A model generated the notes under the pieces. It was not told the origin of the DNA. It worked only from the letters and a program-made list of their open reading frames with translations, and made no database searches. Below are positions 29,166 through 40,074 of a stretch of DNA of 64,000 bases, piece by piece. This DNA comes from a virus, in the UHGV virus genome UHGV-0385297. One strand, given 5' to 3'. The translations under genes were made by a program, and so were the position numbers. How positions within the stretch are numbered: the stretch's first letter is position 1; each line of letters starts with the position of its first letter.

Positions 29166-31268
29166 CTAAGAATATTTAGTTGATTTCTTTGGTGGTCTTA
29201 CATGGAAATATTTAGATATATCAGATGTGGTAGAAGTGCGTTGACGCTGAGTAATAACTTTTCTACGTTCACACATGAGCGCATGTGAGGCAAGGCATGC
29301 CGTATAGGCACGGTCGTCATGGAGCTTATTTGCTTTTTCAGGAGCGAGTTCAAATGAGTCTTTTCCTGAGTCTCTTTTTTTCCTCACAATATTAACAAGC
29401 TCCTCTTTCAATGCGTCAATATTCGCTAAAGCAAGTTTATCCATCCAATCCAGTTTTATAATCTTTGTTTTTACAGATTGGATTTTGTTTAATTCTTCGT
29501 CCAATTTCTTTTCATAATCAGATTCATTTAAATCTTCCTTTTTAAGACGTTTAACAATTTCTTCTTTTTCTTTATCAAATTTCTGTTGATCAACATCAAA
29601 TACGGTTAAATGATCCTTTCCATCATAAGAAGCGGTGAAACTTATTTTATTTTGATTCATAAGTTCGATCATTGCTTCGTACATTTCAGATTTATATTTA
29701 GCTGGATTTATAAGATGGACTTTATCAACGGCGTTTGGAAATTTTCTTATATATTCAGCTGAATATTCTTTGTCAATTAAACCTCTATGAATAATACCTG
29801 CAGCATCCGTCCAATCTGGCATAAGATAATCGGCTATATTAACACCACCACCACCAGATCCGGCATCAATATATATACCAATAATGTTGCCATAAGCATC
29901 GGCTCCACCATTGTAGTCAAGAATAATTTTTTTTAAATATTCAATCTGGTCAGGCGTCTGCATAGGTGACTTTATTTTTTTTCCAACATCAACAAGATTA
30001 ATACAATTTACTAATCGCATTCTAGTGTCAATACTTCCATCTACTTGTTCGAAATCATAAATTTCTCCAACTAGGATTACAGAATTATCTCTTGAACGAG
30101 CAGGGTCATAAGTAATTACAAATTTCTTATCACCAGTGTCATTGTAAAGAAGAGGTTTTCTAATTTCTTCATTTCTAGTGATTACTCCACGTTTAATGAC
30201 GGCATCATTACCAAGATCTGTACTAAACTGACAATAATATTCTCTTCTTGCTTTTTCTGGATTAGTTCTCATTTCTGTTTCTACGGTATTTCTGGATAGA
30301 AGAGGAGTAACCAATTCTCCTTTTAAAGTAGGTTTAAAAGCCTGTTCACAATCAATATGCAAAACGCAATAATCAGGATTTCCCATAATTTGTTGTTTTG
30401 CAAAATCTCTATACAATCTCCAGAATTGAGTGTCTGTAGAAGAAGCAGAACTTATATAGTATTTTTGATATGGCAAATCTCGTGGAATACATCGTTGTCT
30501 AATTGGATCAATTGAATTTCCATCAGAATCTTTACCTGTTTTTAAGCTCCTGTTTACTGCTGCAAATGCTCCGTAAACATTCATCATTTCATCTGACAAA
30601 AAGCCACTTTCGTCAAAAATTACGGTGCCGCGACTACCTCTTTTCGCATCTACGTTGCTATTTAATGTTTTTGTCATTGATCCGTTATAGCAAGAATAAG
30701 AAAAGCCGTTAGACGAGTGTGAAAAACCATCTCCTGCGGCATTTTTGATTTCTATTTCATTTTTAAAAATCGACCCTGTAGATCCATAAAATGTATCAAT
30801 ATTGTCATTTGCAAGTCGTTCCAATGTGGTAAAAGTTTGTTCGGCTTGTCCTCCTGTTCCGCTGGCAATATATGTCCATACATTACAGAAGCACATATCT
30901 TTTGCCATAATCTCTAAGTCTATAACTGTACTTTTACCATATCCACGGGTGCAAACAGCCAAAACATTAGGACAAATCCAGCTTCTTTGAACCAATAAAG
31001 CTTGTCCATCAAGTAGTTCTATATTGAAAAATAAATCTATCGCTTTTGTAGGATTACATTGCAGATATTTTTGGATATTTGCGATTTGAATATAAGAATC
31101 AATTTTTCGAGAAGAAATAGAATAACCATGAGGTTTTATATATATACCATATTGATTATAAAAATCTTTATCGTAATCCAATAATTCATTATTATAATAG
31201 TTTAAAATTATTTGTCTATTTTGATTCATTTTTATCCTCCTCTTGGGAAGATTCTTCTGAATCACCAA
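29166..31268 (-). CDS. terL: Terminase large subunit
   Basis: 700 aa. Walker A-like CTRGYGKST and Walker B VIFDESGF. A nuclease-like C-terminal half. Confidence 0.65.
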   Translation of the reverse strand: MVIQKNLPKRRIKMNQNRQIILNYYNNELLDYDKDFYNQYGIYIKPHGYSISSRKIDSYIQIANIQKYLQCNPTKAIDLFFNIELLDGQALLVQRSWICPNVLAVCTRGYGKSTVIDLEIMAKDMCFCNVWTYIASGTGGQAEQTFTTLERLANDNIDTFYGSTGSIFKNEIEIKNAAGDGFSHSSNGFSYSCYNGSMTKTLNSNVDAKRGSRGTVIFDESGFLSDEMMNVYGAFAAVNRSLKTGKDSDGNSIDPIRQRCIPRDLPYQKYYISSASSTDTQFWRLYRDFAKQQIMGNPDYCVLHIDCEQAFKPTLKGELVTPLLSRNTVETEMRTNPEKARREYYCQFSTDLGNDAVIKRGVITRNEEIRKPLLYNDTGDKKFVITYDPARSRDNSVILVGEIYDFEQVDGSIDTRMRLVNCINLVDVGKKIKSPMQTPDQIEYLKKIILDYNGGADAYGNIIGIYIDAGSGGGGVNIADYLMPDWTDAAGIIHRGLIDKEYSAEYIRKFPNAVDKVHLINPAKYKSEMYEAMIELMNQNKISFTASYDGKDHLTVFDVDQQKFDKEKEEIVKRLKKEDLNESDYEKKLDEELNKIQSVKTKIIKLDWMDKLALANIDALKEELVNIVRKKRDSGKDSFELAPEKANKLHDDRAYTACLASHALMCERRKVITQRQRTSTTSDISKYFHVRPPKKSTKYS

Positions 31269-32505
31269 ATACAGAATATAAGTCTCTTAAATCTTTTAAT
31301 GCATTTTCATCTAGTAAATCTTTTTCTTTTAAAGTATCTCTTAAATCAAGATTTTCACGTAACAATATACGGTTAATTTCTTGATAAGCATCTTTTTCTC
31401 TACGAAGACTTGTATTAGTAACACGCATTTCTGCAATCATATCTGACCATTCGGATTCATCAAGTGCTAATTGTTTCATAATAGAAGCATCGCTGATTTC
31501 TTGAACCTGTTGCATACCACGGCAAGTATCAATATCGAATCCATTCACTTCGGCATCTCGTAAGTTTAATGATTTGATCTTTTTAATTTTCCCCGTCCAA
31601 GTATTTTCACCTTTTTTGGCGTTTTTATTATGTTTTAAAGAGATACAACTATCCTGCGCAAGACTTGTAATAACAGAAGTTATTTTCCCTTTGCTTTCCT
31701 GCAAAGATTTAATTGTTGCCGAATTTTTTTCAATATTAGAAACATCACACATTAATTTAGCAACAGTATCATCAATTTTTGATTGCTGTAAAAATCCTCG
31801 AACAATAGAAATAGCGGAAGATGTACGCATCATATCTTCATTTGCATCCTCACTAGAATCAAGAAGACCTAACAATTGAGAATATAAAAATGGTTGATCT
31901 GAAATATCCTCTTTCTCAAACGGATCATAACTGAGTAATCTAATAACATCTTCTTTATTTTTTAAAAAGCTATCATATGTATCTAAGCCTGCATGAGTTT
32001 CTATTAGTTTTTCTTCGGTTATTTCTTCTTTTTTATTAATATCATCTTGCTTATATTTGATAAAACCATCACTATCAGCATATGTCAAAGTGTTATATTG
32101 TCCCATTGAAATCTGACGAATATAGGCATTCCAAACATTTGATTTAACCTTACCAGAAGCAAGATTTTCAGTTTCTTGAATACTGGAATCCCATACTTTT
32201 TCGAGAAAAGGTTTATTCAAATAGCGAAGCGCGAGTCGTACAGATTCTTTGTCTGGTTCATGTTCTATACCATCTTTTCCAACTTTAAAAACTATTTTTC
32301 TGGTACATTCTCTGCAAATAGGAGTTAAACCACTTTTATTCATTGGGTCTGTACTCATGTAGAATCCATCCTTGGATTTATGAGTATCACACAGATAACA
32401 CCATGCACCGTCTTTAAGAGATTTAACCTTTTCCTCTAATGTTTCAATTTTCTTCCTAGCTTGAGCAACTGTTATTTTAGTTGCTGGTTCTTTAGCTGTC
32501 GCCAA
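31216..32505 (-). CDS. Putative terminase small subunit / DNA-packaging protein with a zinc ribbon
   Basis: Overlaps the terL start. CYLCD...CRECTRK zinc ribbon plus coiled coil. Confidence 0.35.
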   Translation of the reverse strand: MATAKEPATKITVAQARKKIETLEEKVKSLKDGAWCYLCDTHKSKDGFYMSTDPMNKSGLTPICRECTRKIVFKVGKDGIEHEPDKESVRLALRYLNKPFLEKVWDSSIQETENLASGKVKSNVWNAYIRQISMGQYNTLTYADSDGFIKYKQDDINKKEEITEEKLIETHAGLDTYDSFLKNKEDVIRLLSYDPFEKEDISDQPFLYSQLLGLLDSSEDANEDMMRTSSAISIVRGFLQQSKIDDTVAKLMCDVSNIEKNSATIKSLQESKGKITSVITSLAQDSCISLKHNKNAKKGENTWTGKIKKIKSLNLRDAEVNGFDIDTCRGMQQVQEISDASIMKQLALDESEWSDMIAEMRVTNTSLRREKDAYQEINRILLRENLDLRDTLKEKDLLDENALKDLRDLYSVFGDSEESSQEEDKNESK

Positions 32506-32704
32506 TAACAGTCACTTCCTTCCTTTAATTCCAAACAAAAAAGAAGAGTAGTAACATACTCCTCTTAACAATTAAAAATTTCATCTATTATATTGTAGTT
32601 TTTTTGATAGTAATAACCACTTACTATCTTGATACCTCCCCTGCACTATTTGGTAGTTTAGCCACGTCGCAACACCCAGTTCTCTTTTGGTATCTTCCCA
32701 GGCA

Positions 32705-32789
32705 CGTTCACGGTAGGATTCGAACCTACATGTCATAAGACACATTAGTTTTCAAGACTACGCCGTTATAACCATTTCGGTACATGAAC
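32705..32789 (-). tRNA. tRNA-Ser (anticodon TGA), type II with a long variable arm
   Basis: Acceptor GTTCATG/CGTGAAC, T-loop GGTTCGAATCC, anticodon loop CTTGAAA. Confidence 0.6.
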
Positions 32790-32828
32790 TTAATAAAAAG
32801 CAGGAGAGTAGTGCTGATCCACTCAGAT

Positions 32829-33053
32829 CTATACCCATCGAATCATACAGTATATAGACTTTAGCATCAGGTTTCCTGCGTATATCCCTGTCTTTCCAGA
32901 GTGCCAGACCGCCCAGCAGTCATTCAATAATCTTTCAAACTCAGATTTGGTGCAAGCACCACTTCTGATAAAAGTCTCCGTCAACTTTTGTTCAAAAAAT
33001 AAGGAATCAATGCAGGCATCGACTCCTCGAAAACTCATAAGAGTTTTGTTCAA
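32829..33053 (-). CDS. Hypothetical protein (74 aa)
   Basis: ORF only. Confidence 0.3.
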   Translation of the reverse strand: MNKTLMSFRGVDACIDSLFFEQKLTETFIRSGACTKSEFERLLNDCWAVWHSGKTGIYAGNLMLKSIYCMIRWV

Positions 33054-33282
33054 TAACGCCGCATTTAAGCAGTAGCGACAGTGAATATTTATTTTACCCT
33101 TGTATTCACTACGAACAAGTCATCGCTCGGCAATTTTTTTAATCGGTTAGCCGTGTGACCGATGCTCACTGGTTGTTTGTATCCTCTAACTAAAACGCTG
33201 CCGTGGCATCGCCCTTACAACCTGGATATGGTGGTTTGATTGATGTAGGGGTGTTGAAGATAAAGTATTGGAGAATAGAAGA

Positions 33283-34257
33283 TTAGAAAGTAAACTTGTC
33301 CTTGTTCTCCTTTACCTTTTTCTTATTAACAGTCAAGTAATGACGTACAGTAGTTTCGGTACTCTCATGATGTAAAAGTTCTGCTATATCCTGAATATCC
33401 ATACCAAGCTCTTTTAAAATATTTGAACCACTATGTCTAAGATCATGATTATGAAGTGTAGGTACACCGATCATTTTTCCTGCCTTTTTACACCAGTCGT
33501 TCAATGTGCTATTTTGAATACATTGAGTTTCTGTAACGTGAGGAGTAATAAATACCCAGCCAAAATCATTGATATTATTTTCTTCTCTATATTTCTTCAA
33601 TTTTCTTAGCAATTGCTCGACTTCCGGAGAGAAATATAAATCAACAACCTTTTGTTCTTTTTCAAGAACGTCATTGCACATACGCTCATCAAGATCAACT
33701 TGTTCCCATTTCAAATGAGACATTGCGTTTACACGAGCCATGGTAGATAACCCAAACATAATATACGTTTGCAGTTGTATGTCTCCATTTTCTTCAAGTT
33801 TTTCTCTTAACAAATTGACCTGATCAACACTTAAAAATGTTTGTTTGATAATAGCCATTCCTTGTTTTGGACGTTCTAGGAATTCTGTAGGAGATTCTTT
33901 AATCAATTTTTTCTTACGGAGAAATTTATAAAAAGCAGATACGGAAGCCATTACTCTTTTCTGTCTATTAACATTATTTCCTTGCTCTTTTCTCCAATAA
34001 AAATATTCCTCTATGTCTTCATCTGTTGCTTCCAGCACTGACAAATTAAATTGATTATCGTACATATAAATAAACCACTGTCTTAAATCTGAATTATACT
34101 GTTGAATACTATTATGAGATAAATCACGAATAGACATATCAATCTGATATTTTTGAAATAGTTTTAACGTTTCTGGATTGATATGTCCCAATTTTTCTTT
34201 ATCGTACAATAAAATTCTTTTACTTTTTTCTGCCATTTTCTCACTTCCTTTACCCAA
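33283..34257 (-). CDS. int: Tyrosine integrase / site-specific recombinase
   Basis: C-terminal catalytic motifs LHNHDLRHSGSN and TTVRHYL (R..HxxR..Y). N-terminal SAM-like domain. Confidence 0.85.
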   Translation of the reverse strand: MGKGSEKMAEKSKRILLYDKEKLGHINPETLKLFQKYQIDMSIRDLSHNSIQQYNSDLRQWFIYMYDNQFNLSVLEATDEDIEEYFYWRKEQGNNVNRQKRVMASVSAFYKFLRKKKLIKESPTEFLERPKQGMAIIKQTFLSVDQVNLLREKLEENGDIQLQTYIMFGLSTMARVNAMSHLKWEQVDLDERMCNDVLEKEQKVVDLYFSPEVEQLLRKLKKYREENNINDFGWVFITPHVTETQCIQNSTLNDWCKKAGKMIGVPTLHNHDLRHSGSNILKELGMDIQDIAELLHHESTETTVRHYLTVNKKKVKENKDKFTF

Positions 34258-34379
34258 AAAATAAAAAGAAGCGAGATAGCAGTAAAATATATCACTTCTT
34301 TATAAATAAATATTCTATACTGAACAAAATTGCGTTTTCCGCAACTTTTTTAAAATGCGCAAATTTTATTTTTATACCA

Positions 34380-34450
34380 CGTTGTCCGATATTTTCACAA
34401 ATGTCCGATTATCCACCATTACATTGCTCCTTTTGGTGGATATTCGGACA
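34380..34450. repeat. TGTCCGA(T) repeats (two direct, one inverted) upstream of int
   Basis: The sequences gttgTCCGATattttcac, aTGTCCGATtatcc and ATTCGGACAaatc. Confidence 0.4.
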
Positions 34451-34715
34451 AATCAAATACTTGATTTTTACTAATATATCAATGTTTTTTTGAGTTTTTT
34501 TGCGAATCGTTACCTCTATACACTCTATTACTTATTATTAGCGTTAGCCACATAGCTTTTCTTTTTCTGATTCTGACGTTCTAATGCGGCTATGCCGCTT
34601 CTTTTTATAAATACCATTTTGAAAATAAGTGTAATTTTTTACACCTTTTCGCTCTAAAAGGTGTAAATATATACACCTACAATGAAGACTTTTTATAGTA
34701 TTTTAAGTAAAAATC

Positions 34716-35285
34716 TTACATATGGTCCTCTAATTCTATACTACTTGATGTCTCTTCAATATTAGCCCATTTACTTTTACTAAATAAATCTACAATTTCT
34801 TTTTCTATATCTTGACCTCTAAGAAAAATATAAGGGTTAACCACAAAACACTTTTTCGTCTTATTTGCATATGTATCGGATTGTCTTTCAACTTTCTTCA
34901 TGATATCTTTTTTACATAATGAACTTATAATTCTTTTAAAAGTTTCATAATTTTCACCTAAGATATCACTTATAGTTTTGCCGTCAACGATCTTGCCATT
35001 ATATCTTAAAATTCCGTCATTATAAGAAATGAAGGGTATGAGTGCCATAGTGACCGCATATTCCTTGGTAGGCAATTCTTTAAATAAAGCCGTAATAGGA
35101 TGTACAAACACCTTGACAAACGCCTCCTTCTTTTGGAAATTTATTATATGTGTTTGTTTATAATTGTTCTGCTGTTGACGTACAATTTTGTCACCTTCAT
35201 ATATTTCACTTAATATTTTTCCATACTCACTGACAACTGTACCAACTCTAATTTTTTCTTTTGTATCAATCATTTGAATCACCAC
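34716..35285 (-). CDS. Hypothetical protein (189 aa)
   Basis: ORF only. Confidence 0.35.
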   Translation of the reverse strand: MVIQMIDTKEKIRVGTVVSEYGKILSEIYEGDKIVRQQQNNYKQTHIINFQKKEAFVKVFVHPITALFKELPTKEYAVTMALIPFISYNDGILRYNGKIVDGKTISDILGENYETFKRIISSLCKKDIMKKVERQSDTYANKTKKCFVVNPYIFLRGQDIEKEIVDLFSKSKWANIEETSSSIELEDHM

Positions 35286-35607
35286 CTATCGAGAAGCTTT
35301 ATAGTTGGCTACGATTTCTTCAAGTTCTGGTGATTCATTAAAATAGAATACGTTTTTCCCATTTTGATTTTCATTTGGACGCATATCCAGTAATACAAAA
35401 CCATGCTGCATTAAAATACCTGCAAGTTTCATGTTAAAAATTGTTTTAATTTTTGTGTCTCTCATATGTTTTATTCTCCATTCATTTGATATAATTGCAC
35501 ATCACTCGCAAGAGTGGTGTGCGAGGATTGAGCCTCTGGCTCGATCCTATAGTGCCACAGGCACATACTTAGTTATTTTCCATTTCATAAATAAAACTTT
35601 GAATTAA

Positions 35608-35691
35608 TGGGTAGAGCAGGAGTCGAACCTGCGGTGTTTCTGATGTAACCGATTTACAGTCGGTTGCCCTCGCCTCTAGGCACATCTACCC
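35608..35691 (-). tRNA. tRNA-Tyr (anticodon GTA), long variable arm
   Basis: Acceptor GGGTAGA/TCTACCC, T-loop GGTTCGACTCC, anticodon loop CTGTAAA. Confidence 0.7.
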
Positions 35692-35766
35692 AAATTATAA
35701 GAGTGCGTAGCCATAATAGACCACGCACCCATACACAAAAAGACTAATGAATTTTCATATCTAAAA

Positions 35767-36033
35767 TTACTTTGCTTCTTTAGCAACCTCAGCAGCTTCA
35801 TCTGGATGAGCAGCCGCCCACTTGTCACATTCCTTCTCGAATGTAGTGCCAGGGAATGTCAGCCAACCCTTTGCCTTACATCTTGGACAATCATCTGGAT
35901 GGCTCTTGCCCATACCAGGACCAAACTGAGACATATGCTGCTCATATTCAGCTTTCTCCATTGGGGACTCATATTCAATTTTTCTATGCTTGTAATCGTA
36001 AATCATACAAAAGCTCCTTTCATAAAAACGCAA
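35767..36033 (-). CDS. Hypothetical protein (88 aa)
   Basis: ORF only. Confidence 0.35.
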   Translation of the reverse strand: MRFYERSFCMIYDYKHRKIEYESPMEKAEYEQHMSQFGPGMGKSHPDDCPRCKAKGWLTFPGTTFEKECDKWAAAHPDEAAEVAKEAK

Positions 36034-36039
36034 AAATAG

Positions 36040-36390
36040 TTACTTATTTTCCTCTTCCTGTTTAGGAAGAAGTTTATCTACAGCTTTATCTAGCTGCTGT
36101 TTTCCATAAGATTCAATGCTCTCAAATGCACGATCTACAATCTGAGAGATCATTTCAACAGTAAAAATAGGACGCATATATACAGGCACAAAAGCATATA
36201 GTTTTTCCACTACATACTCATGTTTCATGCCACCGGCTTTTATTGTATCCTTATATACAGACTCAGCTTCTGAGATATAATCGCCAGCAACTTCTTTTAA
36301 CCTGGAATTCGTCCTAAAATAAAGGCTCAGACCGCCAAGGATAACCCATACGACAATCTGAGCAATTTGAATAATTGTATTAATATCCAT
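36040..36390 (-). CDS. Membrane protein with an N-terminal TM helix (116 aa)
   Basis: IVVWVILGGLSLYF transmembrane segment. Confidence 0.4.
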   Translation of the reverse strand: MDINTIIQIAQIVVWVILGGLSLYFRTNSRLKEVAGDYISEAESVYKDTIKAGGMKHEYVVEKLYAFVPVYMRPIFTVEMISQIVDRAFESIESYGKQQLDKAVDKLLPKQEEENK

Positions 36391-36405
36391 AATATTTTCC
36401 TCGAA

Positions 36406-37020
36406 TTAATAACCGAGAAGCTTTAGAAAATCCTTCATCTGTTTTTCAGATAACTTTTCAGAAGTGTAGAATGTATGACTGGTATACTTACCATCTTCAG
36501 ACTTACTTACGGTAAATCCATGAATATCATCATCTTCGTCAGTTTCTACATCCAGATTCATTTCACCGTCATGTAGCTCTGCACAATCTTCACAGTTTCC
36601 ATCACATTCATCTGTAAGACCAAATAGAATAACTTCCTTCTCAAGGTCTTTACATTCTTCAATCACGTCCTGAGAGACGGAACCGTCCATATCAATGTAG
36701 AAAATATCTGCATCATACAGATCACCGTAATCATCCAGTGGGATGACAGTTACATAACCTTCGTCAGTTACGCTTAACATATATTCAATATCTGGATCGT
36801 CATCAGTAAGATCAACCCTCCAAATACTGGTTTCATCCAGATCCATAACCTCGTCAAAAATGTATTCGACCAGATCTCTGCCCGCGATCAGAGCTACAGT
36901 TTTATCTGTATGATATAAATGATGAATGAACTTATATGCTAATTCTGTGTAGTCATAAACAGTGATAATGTTTAAATTTTCTTTAACTTCAGGTGTTTTA
37001 TTTTCAGTTACCTTTTTCAT
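36406..37020 (-). CDS. Acidic hypothetical protein (204 aa)
   Basis: ORF only. Confidence 0.4.
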   Translation of the reverse strand: MKKVTENKTPEVKENLNIITVYDYTELAYKFIHHLYHTDKTVALIAGRDLVEYIFDEVMDLDETSIWRVDLTDDDPDIEYMLSVTDEGYVTVIPLDDYGDLYDADIFYIDMDGSVSQDVIEECKDLEKEVILFGLTDECDGNCEDCAELHDGEMNLDVETDEDDDIHGFTVSKSEDGKYTSHTFYTSEKLSEKQMKDFLKLLGY

Positions 37021-37099
37021 TTAAACGTATTTTCCTTTCATTCCTTATGTCGGATGCAATATGTACTATTTATTTTTTCTGGGATGGGAGAGTGTTAAA

Positions 37100-37399
37100 T
37101 TAAGCACCCTTTACAGCATCCTTTAAAGCGGAGCCAGCCTTAAACTTAACAGTCTTAGTAGCTGCAATTTCAATCTCTTCACCAGTAGCAGGATTTCTAC
37201 CAATTCTTGCAGGTCTTTCTGCTACATCAAAGCTACCAAAGCCGGTGATTGCAACCTTCTCACCCTTAACCAGTGCATCCTTAACTGCTTCAAAAACTGC
37301 ATCTACAAAAATAGTAGTATCCTTTAAAGAAATCTTTGCATACTTCTCGTCCTGTACTGCAATTGTCTGTACGTTCTTTACTAATTCGGTCTTGTTCAT
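37100..37399 (-). CDS. hup: DNA-binding protein HU
   Basis: MNKTELV...GFGSFDVAERPARIGRNPATGEEIEI is the classic HU signature. Confidence 0.85.
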   Translation of the reverse strand: MNKTELVKNVQTIAVQDEKYAKISLKDTTIFVDAVFEAVKDALVKGEKVAITGFGSFDVAERPARIGRNPATGEEIEIAATKTVKFKAGSALKDAVKGA

Positions 37400-37444
37400 A
37401 AAATAAATATCTCCTTTTTCTCGTTAAAATTTTTTAAAATAAAA

Positions 37445-37480
37445 AAGGGTAGCTGCTCCGAATGGAGTCAACTCCCTATG
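37445..37480 (-). terminator. Rho-independent terminator between the metallophosphoesterase and HU genes
   Basis: On the minus strand, GGGAGTTGACTCCATTCGGAGCAGCTACCC followed by a T-run. Confidence 0.45.
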
Positions 37481-37907
37481 ATTAGTTACGATTTTCTTTG
37501 CGGATGATCGAGAACCTATTTGTTTATGCGATTTTAGCTGATCGACAACAGCGGGTTTGTCACCCAAAAATATTGTGAATTCTATAATAGTATAGTATAA
37601 TTGCTTCTGCGGAGTTTCTTCCGCATTCTAAGCTGCTAGTTTTTCCAAAAGATGAATAATCTTGAAGAAAGGCGGTGGTGTATAATGTTTAAGTGTGTGT
37701 ACCCTTACATTGTGCATGTCAGTGCTTACTGGCGGTTCCGACTGAATAAGTGGGAATTCGTTAGAACACATTGGCGAAGGCTACCCAGTTTGTAGCCAAG
37801 CATCGTTCATCCTAGAGACAGGATCAACTCTCGTGTTCTTGTCATTTTTTCTAAGATAACTAGCAGCTTTCTTCTTTTTTATCCCGCTTCGGCAATTATG
37901 TCTACTT

Positions 37908-39098
37908 TTATACAAGTTCAATAGGGTAGTAACAAGCTACTCCTTTTTGATTACAGATACATACCATCTGAGATGGTTTTCCAGATAATCTCTTCTCAAT
38001 AGTAAATTGATCACCTGAACCAGCTAAAGTACCACCTCGAATCATTTTTACTCCATTTGCTTCATCAACTGCACAAGTGTGCATGTGACCCATAATTAAG
38101 GCATATGGGAAATACCCAAGCATAGAGCAGAGATTATATGTACCTGCTTTAGAGAATGGGTCGTAGTCTCCGTGAACAACAGTGTAAAACTTTCCACGAA
38201 TATCCAAGTCTACAATACCTACATCCAAATTTCTCTTTAAAATATGGATATTAGATATATGCTGTAAAGATAAACCAACACCCCATGTAATAATGTCATC
38301 AAGACGTTCATCGTGTAATGCATCTTCCTTACGCTCAATCCTGGTATGATTCCCAACTACACTTGAAATAAATACATTTGAAAAATGTTTAGACAATTCA
38401 TAGCAGAAAGATGAAATAAGTTCGGTTGCAATCTTAATCTGTTCGATAACATTTTCTCTATTTGTTACCTGTAAACTTTTATGGATGGACCCTGAAATCA
38501 TATCTCCACATAAAACCACATAACATTTCTCTGAATTATGTAACTCCCTAATAGCAATTACTTCGTTCAGTAATTTATTAAGCCTTTCAGCGGCAATATT
38601 GGAATTGTATTCTCCCCAAACAGAATTAAAGCACTGTCCAATATGAAAATCACTTAAGACAATTAACATATCATTATCAGATGTAACATCTACTTTTTCA
38701 TGAGTCTCAAAATTAGTACGCCCAAGCTGAGAAAGTGTACTTTCCAGCAGGTCTAATTTATTTTCTACACGGGCATCAATATAATTCTGTCTCTGCCAAG
38801 CAGTTCGTTCATCTCTAAACTGAATTTTCTTTCGTTCTAGTTCACGGATCTGTTTATCCAACTCATTATTACGGTTTTCCTTAGAGAATACTTCTGTATT
38901 GAAATCTTTAGCATTGTTGTAACGCTTACGATAAGCACTCTCAGAGCGATAAACGGTTTCATCTTCCCTAAACGCCTTATTAATCAATGCAGCAATTTCG
39001 TCCCATGTCATATCTAAAAGGCCGTTTTCTTTTGCCTGTCCTAATCTCCAAATATACTGAAGTTCGGATTCTCCGTTTAATAAATCTGTATTAAACAA
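37908..39098 (-). CDS. Calcineurin-like metallophosphoesterase
   Basis: Motifs VLCGDM, GNHTR, VVHGDYD and GHMHT. Confidence 0.65.
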   Translation of the reverse strand: MFNTDLLNGESELQYIWRLGQAKENGLLDMTWDEIAALINKAFREDETVYRSESAYRKRYNNAKDFNTEVFSKENRNNELDKQIRELERKKIQFRDERTAWQRQNYIDARVENKLDLLESTLSQLGRTNFETHEKVDVTSDNDMLIVLSDFHIGQCFNSVWGEYNSNIAAERLNKLLNEVIAIRELHNSEKCYVVLCGDMISGSIHKSLQVTNRENVIEQIKIATELISSFCYELSKHFSNVFISSVVGNHTRIERKEDALHDERLDDIITWGVGLSLQHISNIHILKRNLDVGIVDLDIRGKFYTVVHGDYDPFSKAGTYNLCSMLGYFPYALIMGHMHTCAVDEANGVKMIRGGTLAGSGDQFTIEKRLSGKPSQMVCICNQKGVACYYPIELV

Positions 39099-39114
39099 TC
39101 ATTCACCAACTCTC

Positions 39115-39330
39115 TTACGCATCTTCTTCATCGGAAGCAGTTGGCTCAGGAATATCCTCATCGACCTTTACTTTGATCACGATTTCTACTTCACTGCCCT
39201 CAAAGTCTTTCCACAAACAAGATAACTTCTTATCTTCACCGTCCACGGTAATAGTCATATTTTCAACATCAATTAAGCCTGCAGTCTTTAAAGAAGTAGT
39301 AGTGCTGCGTTTATATACTAGATTTGCCAT
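39115..39330 (-). CDS. Hypothetical protein (71 aa)
   Basis: ORF only. Confidence 0.35.
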   Translation of the reverse strand: MANLVYKRSTTTSLKTAGLIDVENMTITVDGEDKKLSCLWKDFEGSEVEIVIKVKVDEDIPEPTASDEEDA

Positions 39331-39378
39331 TTGATTTTTCTCCTTTTACTCAAAAAATAGAAGAGTGGTATACTCTTC

Positions 39379-40074
39379 TTAGATGATTTCGTCTAAACTG
39401 GTAATAATCTTGTCAGCTACGCCATATTCAATTGCTTCGCTTGAAGATAAATACCAATCGTTTTCAAAATTTTCATAAAATACATCTTCTGGAATTTTTG
39501 TTCTTGACAGAACAAATTTTCCTAATTCTTCAATTTGTCTCTGATAATTTAGAATAGCAGCAACGACATCATTGTAGCTTCCGCTAAACTGACCTGCTCC
39601 TTTATGGATGAGAAATTCAGCCGTTGGGAATGTCAGTCTCTCATGACAAGCTAAATAAATAAAGCAACCGCTAGAAGCTGCCATACCAACATTAATGCCA
39701 ATTACTTTTGTTGTACTTAAAGAAATTGTATCTACTAAGCAGTTGTTAACTTCTAAATCTCCGCCTGGGCTAAAGAAAATGACTTTAATTGGCTTACGAT
39801 CCTTTACAGGGATATTGTTTTTATTATCTTCGGAATTCCACTGCATAATCATTTTTGCATATTCCAAAGTCATAGTAGTGATTTCATCATCAATCCAGAT
39901 GATCCTATCATCATAATTCTTATAGAATTGTAAAAGACTAGGATCTGGAAGTTGTAAATTCTCTACGTTACTTGGAATTGCGATATCAAGATATGTAGCA
40001 TCTAATTTCTTTTTATTTGGGATTTCTTTAATCTTTATTTTATTTAGAAGTTCTTTAATTTCCTTTTTGTTCAT
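39379..40074 (-). CDS. ClpP-family serine protease
   Basis: FFSPGGDL...GMAASSGCFIYLAC matches the ClpP active-site region. Confidence 0.65.
   Translation of the reverse strand: MNKKEIKELLNKIKIKEIPNKKKLDATYLDIAIPSNVENLQLPDPSLLQFYKNYDDRIIWIDDEITTMTLEYAKMIMQWNSEDNKNNIPVKDRKPIKVIFFSPGGDLEVNNCLVDTISLSTTKVIGINVGMAASSGCFIYLACHERLTFPTAEFLIHKGAGQFSGSYNDVVAAILNYQRQIEELGKFVLSRTKIPEDVFYENFENDWYLSSSEAIEYGVADKIITSLDEII

Noticed and set aside
35495-35560. tRNA-like fragment (GGCTCGATCC) next to tRNA-Tyr
   Set aside because: No acceptor or anticodon arms could be built. It may be an att-related remnant, but this is not supportable as a feature.
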